Origin: an uncultured Candidatus Saccharibacteria bacterium | GTDB lineage: Bacteria; Patescibacteriota; Saccharimonadia; Saccharimonadales; CAZDQS01 | Assembly (NCBI GenBank): GCA_964507855.1 | Contig: CAZDQS010000001.1 | Coordinates: forward strand, 166,121-230,120 | Direction of reading: 5' to 3' | Length of the DNA stretch: 64,000 bases | Part shown: positions 1-8,105 of the stretch, piece by piece | Position numbering within the stretch: the first letter of the stretch is position 1 | How the letters are laid out: every line of letters starts with the position of its first letter | Position numbers and translations under genes: made by a program | Notes under the pieces: generated by a model | Seen by the model: the letters and a program-made list of their open reading frames with translations, nothing else | Told to the model about the DNA's origin: nothing | The model's database searches: none

Positions 1-1129
1 GCTGGTCGTCGTACTTGATGAGGTAGGTTGAGGCCGCAAAGGTAATAAGTGCGACCAGGGTGATTGTTGAAGCAACACGCCCGCTGATGAGGCCGTAACC
101 AAGCGCCGATGCCACAAACACGAGCGAGAATTCGCTGACTTGGCTCATGGCGATTGCTGCCTTGAAGCTTGCCCGCTTTGTGTATCCTTGGATGCCCATG
201 CCGGCAAGTGTTATTAGCGGTTTAGCGAGCAGTGCAACCACACTGAGCGCCAGTGCTGGGCCGAGGTTGCTTGCGATTGTGCCGGGCGTGAGCGTCTGGC
301 CTAAGGTAATAAAGAATATGACTAAGAAGAAGTCTCGGAGCGGCTTGAGCCGTGAGGCCATCTCTCGGCTATACGGCAGGCTGGCTAGGCTAACGCCAGC
401 GAACAGTGCCCCAATCTCAATCGAAAAGCCGACATGCTCAAACAGTGTGGCAAAACCAAGCCCCCACCCTAGTGCGAACAGCAGCAGTGATTCACGCGAG
501 CTAACCATTGCCCGGGTGAGGCGTGGCAGCAGGTAGCGGCTGAGTATGTATAGCAGTGCAATGAGCCCGACGCCGCGCCCGATAAGTACGGCGTGGGTCA
601 AGAACGAGTCGCCGCCGTGCGCGCGCGAGGAGAGGCCGATTTTGGCGGCCGTGGCAATAATATCCTGTAATAACAGCACCCCGATAGTTATTTGAGCGAA
701 CAGGCGGGTCGTTTCTCGTTTGTCATTAAACAGTTTCACGATAATAAGCGTGCTGCTCAGCGCCAGCGCTACGCCGGTGACCGCCGATTCCATGCGACCG
801 AAGCCAAGCAGCTGAGAGACGGTGTAGCCGATGGCGGTAACCCCTAAGACCTGGGCGCTACCGGTGACGAGGACGGTCTTGCCAAGGCGCGACAAGGCGG
901 TGAGATTCAAATCCAGACCGATAATAAACAGCAGCAGTGCCACGCCCATACTACTGAGGCCCTCGAACGCCGTATCGGCGCTGACGAGGTTAAGAAACGC
1001 CGGGCCGACGAGAACGCCGGTTATAATGTGGCCGATAATGAGCGGCTGCCGGAGCGCCCGCATGCAGAGTGCTACAAAAGCGCCGAGAGCGACAAGCAGG
1101 CTGATCTCGGTGAAGAAGGTATTGTGCAT
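1..1129 (-). CDS. cation:proton antiporter, CPA2/Kef-like (3' end runs off window)
   Basis: Reverse frame opens at ATG (complement of 1127-1129) and stays open to position 1. It reads MHNTFFTEISLLVALGAFVALCMRALRQPLIIGHIITGVLVGP..., a multi-TM Na+/H+ exchanger-type sequence. Absent from the ORF track because no stop lies in the window. Confidence 0.75.
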   Translation of the reverse strand, partial: MHNTFFTEISLLVALGAFVALCMRALRQPLIIGHIITGVLVGPAFLNLVSADTAFEGLSSMGVALLLFIIGLDLNLTALSRLGKTVLVTGSAQVLGVTAIGYTVSQLLGFGRMESAVTGVALALSSTLIIVKLFNDKRETTRLFAQITIGVLLLQDIIATAAKIGLSSRAHGGDSFLTHAVLIGRGVGLIALLYILSRYLLPRLTRAMVSSRESLLLFALGWGLGFATLFEHVGFSIEIGALFAGVSLASLPYSREMASRLKPLRDFFLVIFFITLGQTLTPGTIASNLGPALALSVVALLAKPLITLAGMGIQGYTKRASFKAAIAMSQVSEFSLVFVASALGYGLISGRVASTITLVALITFAASTYLIKYDDQ

Positions 1130-1189
1130 TTTTTGTTTGCAATGATTCCTGTATACTTTTCTCCATAATAGGATAAGCGTTAAGACAAA

Positions 1190-1747
1190 ATGAAACAAAT
1201 GTTTCGTAAAATGGCGAATAAAATCTCATCGGCTGCCGGCAGCCCGTGGGCGTTTTTGCTAGCAGTAACGGCAGTAATCATCTGGGCGCTTTCGGGATCA
1301 GCTTTTAATTATTCAGACACCTGGCAGCTGGTTATCAATACCGGCACCACAATCGTCACCTTCCTTATGGTGTTCTTGATTCAAAATACTCAGAACCGCG
1401 ACGGCAAGGCTATGCAACTCAAGCTTGACGAGCTTATCAACTCATCGCGCACCGCCCGCAACTCTTTTGTCGGCCTGGAGGATTTGACTGACGAAGAGCT
1501 GTTGGCCCTGGACGCCGAGTTCAAGGCGCTGCATGAAGCACAGAAAGCCAGCCCAACGCTCCATAAGCTGCATGGCAAGATTGAAGCCGAGCACAAGCGG
1601 CGCCTGAGCCTACGCGAACATGCCGGCCAGGTCCTGAGCAAGCTCGATCCCCGCAATATTGCATCATTCGCGAACGGCACCACTTCCCACGCGCAATCCG
1701 ACAATTCCACGCAGGCCTCTCAGAAAAATACCCCACCGGCCAAGTAG
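1190..1747 (+). CDS. low-affinity iron permease family protein (Fet4-like)
   Basis: Block GSPWAF..SDTWQLVINTGTTIVTFLMVFLIQNTQNRD..MQLKLDELI is characteristic of this family (recalled, not searched). Confidence 0.6.
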   Translation: MKQMFRKMANKISSAAGSPWAFLLAVTAVIIWALSGSAFNYSDTWQLVINTGTTIVTFLMVFLIQNTQNRDGKAMQLKLDELINSSRTARNSFVGLEDLTDEELLALDAEFKALHEAQKASPTLHKLHGKIEAEHKRRLSLREHAGQVLSKLDPRNIASFANGTTSHAQSDNSTQASQKNTPPAK

Positions 1748-1812
1748 TAAGTATTTATTTTGTCCACGAATAAACTGATATACCCTAACACTCATAGAGA
1801 GAGGGAAGTGCT

Positions 1813-3603
1813 ATGCACAAAGTATTAAAAAATCCGGGACATACTAGAAACAAGGTGCGCAAGCGGGCGGCAACGCTGCTGCCAAAACGCGGGTTCTGGG
1901 CAAAGCAATACACCGTGGCCGCTGTAGGAGTCGTGCTGCTTCTGGTAGCTGGCGGCGTGCTCTATGGATTGGCTTATCGGGGCGGTGAGTCACACGCCAA
2001 CACATCACTGCCGTTTCCTGGTGAGGGCACGGTCGGACACTTGGCGGATATACCCGGCGTACATACACCAGTAACACTCAAAAGTCCGGTGGCCAGCCTG
2101 ACGACTACGCACGACGGCCAGGTGATAGAACGCGAAGATATAACCGGTAAGGGCGGGCTGACTGTTCGGCATCGCAACGTGGTGGTGCGCAACAGCCGCA
2201 TGGAGAGGATACGGGTTGATAATGAATCGTACCCCAACGCCTCGGTCCGCGTAGAATGGTCAACGCTCGGCAACATGCACGGGCCATCAGGTCCGCCAGA
2301 GTATTATCTACCCGCTATTATCAGGGGCAGTAATGTGCATGTCTACCGGAGCGAGGTGTTTGGCGGTATTGACCTCGTTAACTTAATTACGCCTGACGCG
2401 CCGCATGATGTGGTGGTTGAAGAAAACTGGCTCTATGGGCCATACCAGCAACTCAACGACCGCTACCAGAATACAAGAAGCCGTTGGCTGTCGCATAGTG
2501 ACGGGGTGCAGACTCAGGAGGGCAAGCGGCTGCATTTCTTGCGGAATCGCTGGGACTTATTCTTGTTCCAGGGATACCGGTGGAATGGTGGCAGCCAGCC
2601 AAGCGGCTCAGGCAGTAGTTACTGCGGCAACATTAGTAAGAGCGGCTCATGTGAAACCATCGGCCAGACGAAGCTTAGCCCCGCGCCGACTGCCCGCGAT
2701 CAGATTGGTGTGGTGCCGAACATTAACCCCCTCACGACGGGCATGCTCTTCCAGCAGTCGCGCGGTACGATTGAGGATGTGCTGATTGACGGCAACTATT
2801 TTGACTGTGACTGCTATGGATATCTGTCATTCACGAAAGGAAAATATTCCCAAGGCCCGACAAACGTCAGGATAGTAAATAACCTGTTTGTGAAGCGCTA
2901 CTCGACGTTTGGCCGCGATAGGCTGGTCGGGTTTGATACGCCCGGCAACATTAGTTGGGGTAATAACATCGACGAGAACGGCAATCAGATTTCCAAGCCG
3001 AACAGCAGCATGAAATCAATTAGCGTAAGTGGCCCAACGCCGCTCGATTATGCGGATTACCAGCCGCAGCGCCCCGATCTCATTATCGAGAGCATATCGT
3101 GGACGCCGCAGAATCCGAAACCGGGCGATGAGGTAACCTTCAGTGCTACTGTCCGCAACCAGGGTGAAGCGGCTTCACCAGAAGGCGTGCCGCACAAAGT
3201 GCTGTTTCTCATTGGCGATGAGTCTATGTGGTCAGACGATGTCTCGACTTCTTTGGCACCGGGTGCGGTTCGTTCCCAGGCGGCAAACGGCGGTCCCGTA
3301 AAAGCAACGTGGACGGCCGGCGCCGGCAGCTTTGAAGTAACCGCCAAGCTCGATAACGCTAACTTGATTCCTGAAAGCGATGAAACCAACAACACCGCAA
3401 CCGCCGGATTGACTGTAGTTGAAGCCTCGGGGCCTTTACCCGGCGATGTGAATGGTGACGGTGCGGTTAACAGCAGTGACTTGCATGTCATATTGACCCA
3501 CTTCGGTCGCAGTGGCATGACAAAAGCTCAAGGTGATCTGGACGGCAACGGGGAAGTCGGTGCGCTAGACTTAAGCCGGGTGCTTGCAAATTTCAGCCAA
3601 TAA
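1813..3603 (+). CDS. membrane-anchored/secreted protein with beta-helix-like region, CARDB domain and C-terminal dockerin
   Basis: N-terminal TM segment. CARDB-like PDLIIESISWTPQNPKPGDEVTFSATVRNQG...ESDETNNT. Duplicated Ca-binding dockerin repeats GDVNGDGAVNSSDL and GDLDGNGEVGALDL at the C-terminus. Confidence 0.7.
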   Translation: MHKVLKNPGHTRNKVRKRAATLLPKRGFWAKQYTVAAVGVVLLLVAGGVLYGLAYRGGESHANTSLPFPGEGTVGHLADIPGVHTPVTLKSPVASLTTTHDGQVIEREDITGKGGLTVRHRNVVVRNSRMERIRVDNESYPNASVRVEWSTLGNMHGPSGPPEYYLPAIIRGSNVHVYRSEVFGGIDLVNLITPDAPHDVVVEENWLYGPYQQLNDRYQNTRSRWLSHSDGVQTQEGKRLHFLRNRWDLFLFQGYRWNGGSQPSGSGSSYCGNISKSGSCETIGQTKLSPAPTARDQIGVVPNINPLTTGMLFQQSRGTIEDVLIDGNYFDCDCYGYLSFTKGKYSQGPTNVRIVNNLFVKRYSTFGRDRLVGFDTPGNISWGNNIDENGNQISKPNSSMKSISVSGPTPLDYADYQPQRPDLIIESISWTPQNPKPGDEVTFSATVRNQGEAASPEGVPHKVLFLIGDESMWSDDVSTSLAPGAVRSQAANGGPVKATWTAGAGSFEVTAKLDNANLIPESDETNNTATAGLTVVEASGPLPGDVNGDGAVNSSDLHVILTHFGRSGMTKAQGDLDGNGEVGALDLSRVLANFSQ

Positions 3604-3837
3604 CCATACGTTGACAAGCATAAGCTAGATATGAGAAACTAATGCTACTTCAAGGCAGCAGCAAGCTGCAAGAGAAGACAAAAACAACCAAAAATTAACA
3701 AAAACCTAGTGCTGGTTGCAGCGGTGGGGTAAGAGGTGTGCGATGCCGGTAAAGGTCACAATAGCGCCCTCGCGCGCGATGCCGGTCACTGTTAAGGTGC
3801 GAAAATCACCTTGGCGGCAGTACCTGGCATACTAAGT

Positions 3838-3869
3838 AAAAAGCCCTGGGGTTACCCCCAGGGCTTTTT
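3838..3869. terminator. bidirectional rho-independent terminator
   Basis: AAAAA-GCCCTGGGG-TTAC-CCCCAGGGC-TTTTT: perfect 9-bp GC stem flanked by an A-run and a T-run, between convergent genes. Confidence 0.7.
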
Positions 3870-3886
3870 CATTCTCGTGATTGTGA

Positions 3887-4546
3887 TTATTCGTTGTCCG
3901 AGCCAGCTGATCCGCTCTCAGCGATAACGTCATCGATGAGGTTGGTAAAGTACTCGATGTCAGCGCGGGTACCATCAAGCTTTTCACCGTTGAGGATAAA
4001 TGTCGGCGTGGAGTTAACGGAAAATTGCTTACCGCTCTCGATATCGGCCTGGATGACGCTGTTTACGCGTGAGCTGGCAAAATCTTCCTTAAAGAGATCA
4101 ACATCAAGCTCCAACTCCTCGGCATAGCTTTCAAAGATTGAGGTTGGGTTGCTGACAGTATTCCAGGCGGATGCGCGCTCAAAGAGCATATCATGCATCT
4201 CCCAAAACTTATCTTGCATGCCCGCGGCTTCAGCGGCCCGGTGAGCAGCCATTGCGTTGGGGTGGATTTGAGCTAATGGGAAGTGCCGGAACTGGAAGAC
4301 AATCTGGTCTTTATACTGTTCTTTGATCTGTTTGAGGACCGGGAAGTATGCCTGGCAGCCCGGACACTGAAAGTCTCCATATTCGATAAGCGTAACTTCT
4401 GCCGCACCCTCACCGTACGTGTGGCTGCTGGCAACCGCTTGCTCGCGCCCGTCGTCTGGTGCCCCAGCTTTATCCTGGACGAGCCAGAAAATACCCATCA
4501 ATATCAAGATGCACGCTAGAAGCGTCAGGAAAAATCGCTTGCTCAT
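3887..4546 (-). CDS. DsbA-family thiol:disulfide oxidoreductase, membrane-anchored
   Basis: N-terminal TM helix; thioredoxin-fold active site YGDFQCPGCQ; DsbA-like length. Confidence 0.8.
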   Translation of the reverse strand: MSKRFFLTLLACILILMGIFWLVQDKAGAPDDGREQAVASSHTYGEGAAEVTLIEYGDFQCPGCQAYFPVLKQIKEQYKDQIVFQFRHFPLAQIHPNAMAAHRAAEAAGMQDKFWEMHDMLFERASAWNTVSNPTSIFESYAEELELDVDLFKEDFASSRVNSVIQADIESGKQFSVNSTPTFILNGEKLDGTRADIEYFTNLIDDVIAESGSAGSDNE

Positions 4547-4650
4547 GAAACCCTTACCTCCATTCTTACGTCGTATTTTATCACAATCCCGGGGCTTAGA
4601 TTAAGCGACACGTATGTCCAAACGCTAAGCCAATCGTGTAAGATACCTAT

Positions 4651-5691
4651 ATGGGCATGTTTTTGGTAAGTCTCGTTCTTGCGGCGCTGACTTTTATGAC
4701 CATTTCGCTGCAAAAAGCATATTCGCAGATTCCGGCGCGCGAGCTGAAACGGCGGGCCCGAGCTGGTGATGATATAGCCAAAATACTCTTCCGGGCAGTG
4801 AGCTATGGCGCGAGTCTACGTGTTTTGCTGTGGGCGATTGTCGGCCTGGCCGGCGGGACACTCTTTGTCATGTGGACAAGGTTCGCTCCCTGGTGGCTGG
4901 CGCTGATTGGCAGTGTTGGAGTCATTTGGGTCGGTTTTGCCTGGTTGCCGAACTCACGGGTTTCTGCACTCAGCATGAGTGTGGCCCGCGTGGTGACGCC
5001 GGCTATCACCTGGCTGCTGAATTTCCTGGCGCCAACCTTTGACCGGTTTTATCAGTTTCTGCGTCGCCACCGTCCGCTCCACATCCATACCGGCTTGTAC
5101 CAAAAAGAAGATTTATTCGAACTCATTGAACGCCAGCAGAACCAGCCGGACAGCCGTATCAGCAAAGCGGAGCTGGATATTATTCGCCATGTCCTGACAT
5201 TTGGCGACAAGCTGGTACGCGACGTTATGGTGCCGAAGCGGGTCGTCAAGATGATCCCGGCAGACGAGCATGTTGGCCCGGTGCTCTTGGACGAGCTGCA
5301 CAAGAGCGGCTATTCGCGGTTTCCGGTTTACGAGGGATCCCAGGAGCATATTGTCGGCATCCTGCACGTGCGCGATCTGGTCAATGCCCGGGCGAGCGGT
5401 AACGTCAGCAGCCTCATGAACAAAAGCGTCTATTTCGTCCATGATGAGCAGCCGCTGCCGCATGTGCTGCAGGCGTTTTTAAAGACAAAGTACCACTTGT
5501 TTGTCGTCGTTAACGCCTTTGAGGAAATCGTCGGCATCATTACCATTGAGGATGTCCTCGAGCAAGTTATCGGCAAGCCGATCATGGATGAATTCGATAA
5601 GTATGAGGACATGCGCGCCGTCGCTAGTCTGGCCGCCGCCAAAGATCATCGTGCTGTCCGGCACGCGGAGGCTGCACCAGCAGAAAAATAG
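4651..5691 (+). CDS. CNNM/DUF21 transmembrane plus CBS-pair protein (hemolysin/CorC-like)
   Basis: Four N-terminal TM segments followed by a tandem CBS region (VMVPKRVV...GYSRFPVY...GILHVRDL...IVGIITIEDVLE). Confidence 0.75.
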   Translation: MGMFLVSLVLAALTFMTISLQKAYSQIPARELKRRARAGDDIAKILFRAVSYGASLRVLLWAIVGLAGGTLFVMWTRFAPWWLALIGSVGVIWVGFAWLPNSRVSALSMSVARVVTPAITWLLNFLAPTFDRFYQFLRRHRPLHIHTGLYQKEDLFELIERQQNQPDSRISKAELDIIRHVLTFGDKLVRDVMVPKRVVKMIPADEHVGPVLLDELHKSGYSRFPVYEGSQEHIVGILHVRDLVNARASGNVSSLMNKSVYFVHDEQPLPHVLQAFLKTKYHLFVVVNAFEEIVGIITIEDVLEQVIGKPIMDEFDKYEDMRAVASLAAAKDHRAVRHAEAAPAEK

Positions 5692-5740
5692 CAACCGTAA
5701 CCGCTTATCAAAACAGAGAAGATACTCTATACTGCACCCC

Positions 5741-7048
5741 ATGCGAATACTAGCAAAAGATGTAAAAAGCCACGTTGGTAAGTCGGCTACAATTCAGGGC
5801 TGGCTGCACAAAAAGCGCCTGCTGGGCGGCATAACTTTTATCAATGTCCGCGACCGCAGCGGACTGGTACAGGTCGTGGTTGAAGATAAAGACGAGGTCG
5901 AGAAGCTGCGCGGCATGCAAATTGGCACAGTGCTGGCAATCGAAGGTACCGTCGTAGAGGAGCCCCGCGCGCCGGGTGGTGCCGAGCTGCATGATCCGAA
6001 AGTAGAGATCCAGGTGCCTGTTGACGAGCCGCCACCGATTGAGATAGACAAGGCGCTTGACCACAAGCCCGACAATCTCGACACGCTGTTTGATAATCGT
6101 GTCATCGGCCTGCGCAATCTCAGGGAAACAGCTATTTTCAAAATCCAGGCTGAGGTCAAAGAGGCGGTCCGCCGGCACTTGCGCAGCCAAGACTTTACCG
6201 AATTTAACTCGCCGAAGCTTCTGCCGGGTGCGACCGAGGGCGGCGCTGAGGTTTTCAAGCTCGATTATTTCGGTCAAGAAGCAACGCTTGCTCAAAGTGC
6301 CCAGTTCTACAAGCAAATCATGGTTGGCGTCTTTGAGCGTGCTTTCGAAATTAATCCGACGTACCGGGCTGAGCTGAGCGCCACGACCCGGCACATGACA
6401 GAATTTATCCATATTGATGCCGAAATGGGCTTTATCACATTCCAGGACCTCATGGATCTGCTGAGCGGCTTGCTCAATGCGGCCGTTAATGACGTGTGGG
6501 AAAAGTATGAGCCAGAACTAAAAAGCTGGAATGCTACCAAGCCGCTGTTGCCGGAGAAGATTCCTGCGCTTACCATGGCAGAGATCCACGAACGCTACAG
6601 CAAGGCGACCGGCCAAAACACGGTCGGCGAGAAAGACCTTCGACCGGATGAAGAGCGCTTCATTTGTGAATATGCCAAGAAGTCGCTGGGCAGCGAGGCG
6701 GTTTTTGTGACCGAATGGCCGGCCAGCGAGATGAAGTTCTACCACAAGGCAAGTGACGCTAATCCAGAGATTGCCGAGCGTTGCGACCTGCTGTTCAAGG
6801 GGGTTGAAATCGCCACTGGCAGCATGCGCGAACACCGCTATCCTGAGCTCATGAAGCAGCTCACAGCAATTGGCGCAGATCCGGAACACCCTGGCTTTAA
6901 GTACTACTTGCAGGCATTTAAGTATGGCATGCCGCCGCACGGTGGTTTCGGCATGGGGCTAGAGCGTCTTACCCAGAAAATTGTCGGGCTGAACAACGTC
7001 AAAGAGGCCACCCTCTTCCCGCGCGATATCAACCGTCTCGCGCCGTAA
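5741..7048 (+). CDS. aspS: aspartate--tRNA ligase, archaeal/type-2
   Basis: MRILAKDV..GWLHKKRLLGGITFINVRDRSG (OB fold) and class II motifs FRAE..TTRHMTEF..DAEM and GMPPHGGFGMGLERL. About 435 aa, like archaeal AspRS. The track ORF from 5501 is a spurious 5' extension overlapping the previous gene. Confidence 0.9.
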   Translation: MRILAKDVKSHVGKSATIQGWLHKKRLLGGITFINVRDRSGLVQVVVEDKDEVEKLRGMQIGTVLAIEGTVVEEPRAPGGAELHDPKVEIQVPVDEPPPIEIDKALDHKPDNLDTLFDNRVIGLRNLRETAIFKIQAEVKEAVRRHLRSQDFTEFNSPKLLPGATEGGAEVFKLDYFGQEATLAQSAQFYKQIMVGVFERAFEINPTYRAELSATTRHMTEFIHIDAEMGFITFQDLMDLLSGLLNAAVNDVWEKYEPELKSWNATKPLLPEKIPALTMAEIHERYSKATGQNTVGEKDLRPDEERFICEYAKKSLGSEAVFVTEWPASEMKFYHKASDANPEIAERCDLLFKGVEIATGSMREHRYPELMKQLTAIGADPEHPGFKYYLQAFKYGMPPHGGFGMGLERLTQKIVGLNNVKEATLFPRDINRLAP

Positions 7049-7073
7049 TAGACATTAGCTGTATACTGTCCAT

Positions 7074-7910
7074 ATGGACGAGCGCTATTCGCAACCACCA
7101 AGCAACCGACCGGAAGACGACTTCGAGGCTGCCGGGCAGTCTATGAAAGAGTACATGCAGCAAGTCGAGCCGCTGCAGCGGGCCAAGCGGAAGCGCCGCA
7201 AAGGCTGGCTGGTCTTTCTGATAATCTTGTTGATTCTAGCGGTCGCTGGTGCTGCCGCGTATTGGTACATGTATGTACGCGAGGAGGCGCCAGGCCAAGC
7301 AGTTCAAGAGACGGAACGTGAAGAAGAAGTGTCGCAGCCGGCCGACGAGCTGGAGGACGTGCCGCTGAAGGAGTATTCATCAAGCGGCTTTGGTTTGACA
7401 TTTGAATTTCCTGAAAACTGGCGTGTCCAGGAAACGGCGGATGGCAGTCGGTTGACAGCCGTGTCGCCGGCTGTGCAGTTTATGGACACGACCAACAAGA
7501 TAGTTACCGGGCAGATTACGCTCAGTATCCGGGATAAGAGCGTGGAGCTGACTGAGTTCGCCGACGGTAACGCCGTAGCAGTGCGTGAGTCAGAGCGCAT
7601 GTCTTACGCGCGTCCGTCGAGTAACCAGCGTGGCCAGACATACCTCAGTTTCCTGGGCTTTATCGGTTCGGCAGGCGGCATAGACGGCGTTTACATAACG
7701 GGCGATACCGGTTACCAGGAAGGACAGGCTGTGCCAGCGGCAGATTTTGTGCCGGTTGAGCCGATAATCAGCCTCACGTTCCAGGAGTGTGTAGATAGCG
7801 AATGTACGGCAGCTAGCGAAGAGAATGTCAGCGTTGATCCCGGTAGCTGGGAATATAACCCGGTACTCAAGCAGGCAAAATCTATCCTCGAATCACTCAC
7901 CATCCGCTAA
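7074..7910 (+). CDS. hypothetical membrane-anchored protein
   Basis: Long ORF with a charged N-terminus, one TM helix (GWLVFLIILLILAVAGAAAYWYMYV) and an extracytoplasmic domain. No family recognised. Confidence 0.5.
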   Translation: MDERYSQPPSNRPEDDFEAAGQSMKEYMQQVEPLQRAKRKRRKGWLVFLIILLILAVAGAAAYWYMYVREEAPGQAVQETEREEEVSQPADELEDVPLKEYSSSGFGLTFEFPENWRVQETADGSRLTAVSPAVQFMDTTNKIVTGQITLSIRDKSVELTEFADGNAVAVRESERMSYARPSSNQRGQTYLSFLGFIGSAGGIDGVYITGDTGYQEGQAVPAADFVPVEPIISLTFQECVDSECTAASEENVSVDPGSWEYNPVLKQAKSILESLTIR

Positions 7911-7955
7911 AGCCAGTGAGCTAACGGCATAGTAGCCTGCCCTATTCATATTAAA

Positions 7956-8027
7956 CTTAACGTGTTAAGTAAATATGATGTTGTCTGGATTGTGGGATGA
8001 AATTTTGCTTAACACGTTAAGTAAATA
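7956..8027. promoter_or_regulatory. pair of 20-bp repeats, each containing a 14-bp palindrome (putative operator pair)
   Basis: CTTAACGTGTTAAGTAAATA at 7956-7975 and CTTAACACGTTAAGTAAATA at 8008-8027, about 80 bp upstream of the ATG at 8106. Confidence 0.35.
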
Positions 8028-8105
8028 GGCATACGTATGAAAATGCGCTTAACCAGTTACGCATAAGACACACATTTGATAAAATACCGAGTAAGGATTA
8101 CCAGT

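Noticed and set aside
147-1145. Plus-strand track ORFs 147-536 and 831-1145 (and minus-strand 990-1229).
   Set aside because: They have an Ala/Ser/Arg/Pro-rich wrong-frame composition. They lie antisense to, or out of frame with, a continuous minus-strand antiporter frame that starts at 1129 and runs off the window.
3604-3837. SRP RNA or a cobalamin riboswitch (AGCAGC/AAGGCAG and GGTCACTG strings).
   Set aside because: The motif order and spacing do not fit either consensus, and no downstream gene exists for a riboswitch. It is kept only as an unassigned structured region.
5501-5740. Long 5' extensions of track ORFs: aspS from 5501, and likewise 11557, 14755, 15775, 19050, 26110, 55198, 57601, 8076, 14966.
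   Set aside because: The extensions overlap the preceding or divergent genes and have junk composition. They also precede well-conserved N-termini that begin at internal ATG/GTG codons with their own -10 box or RBS.
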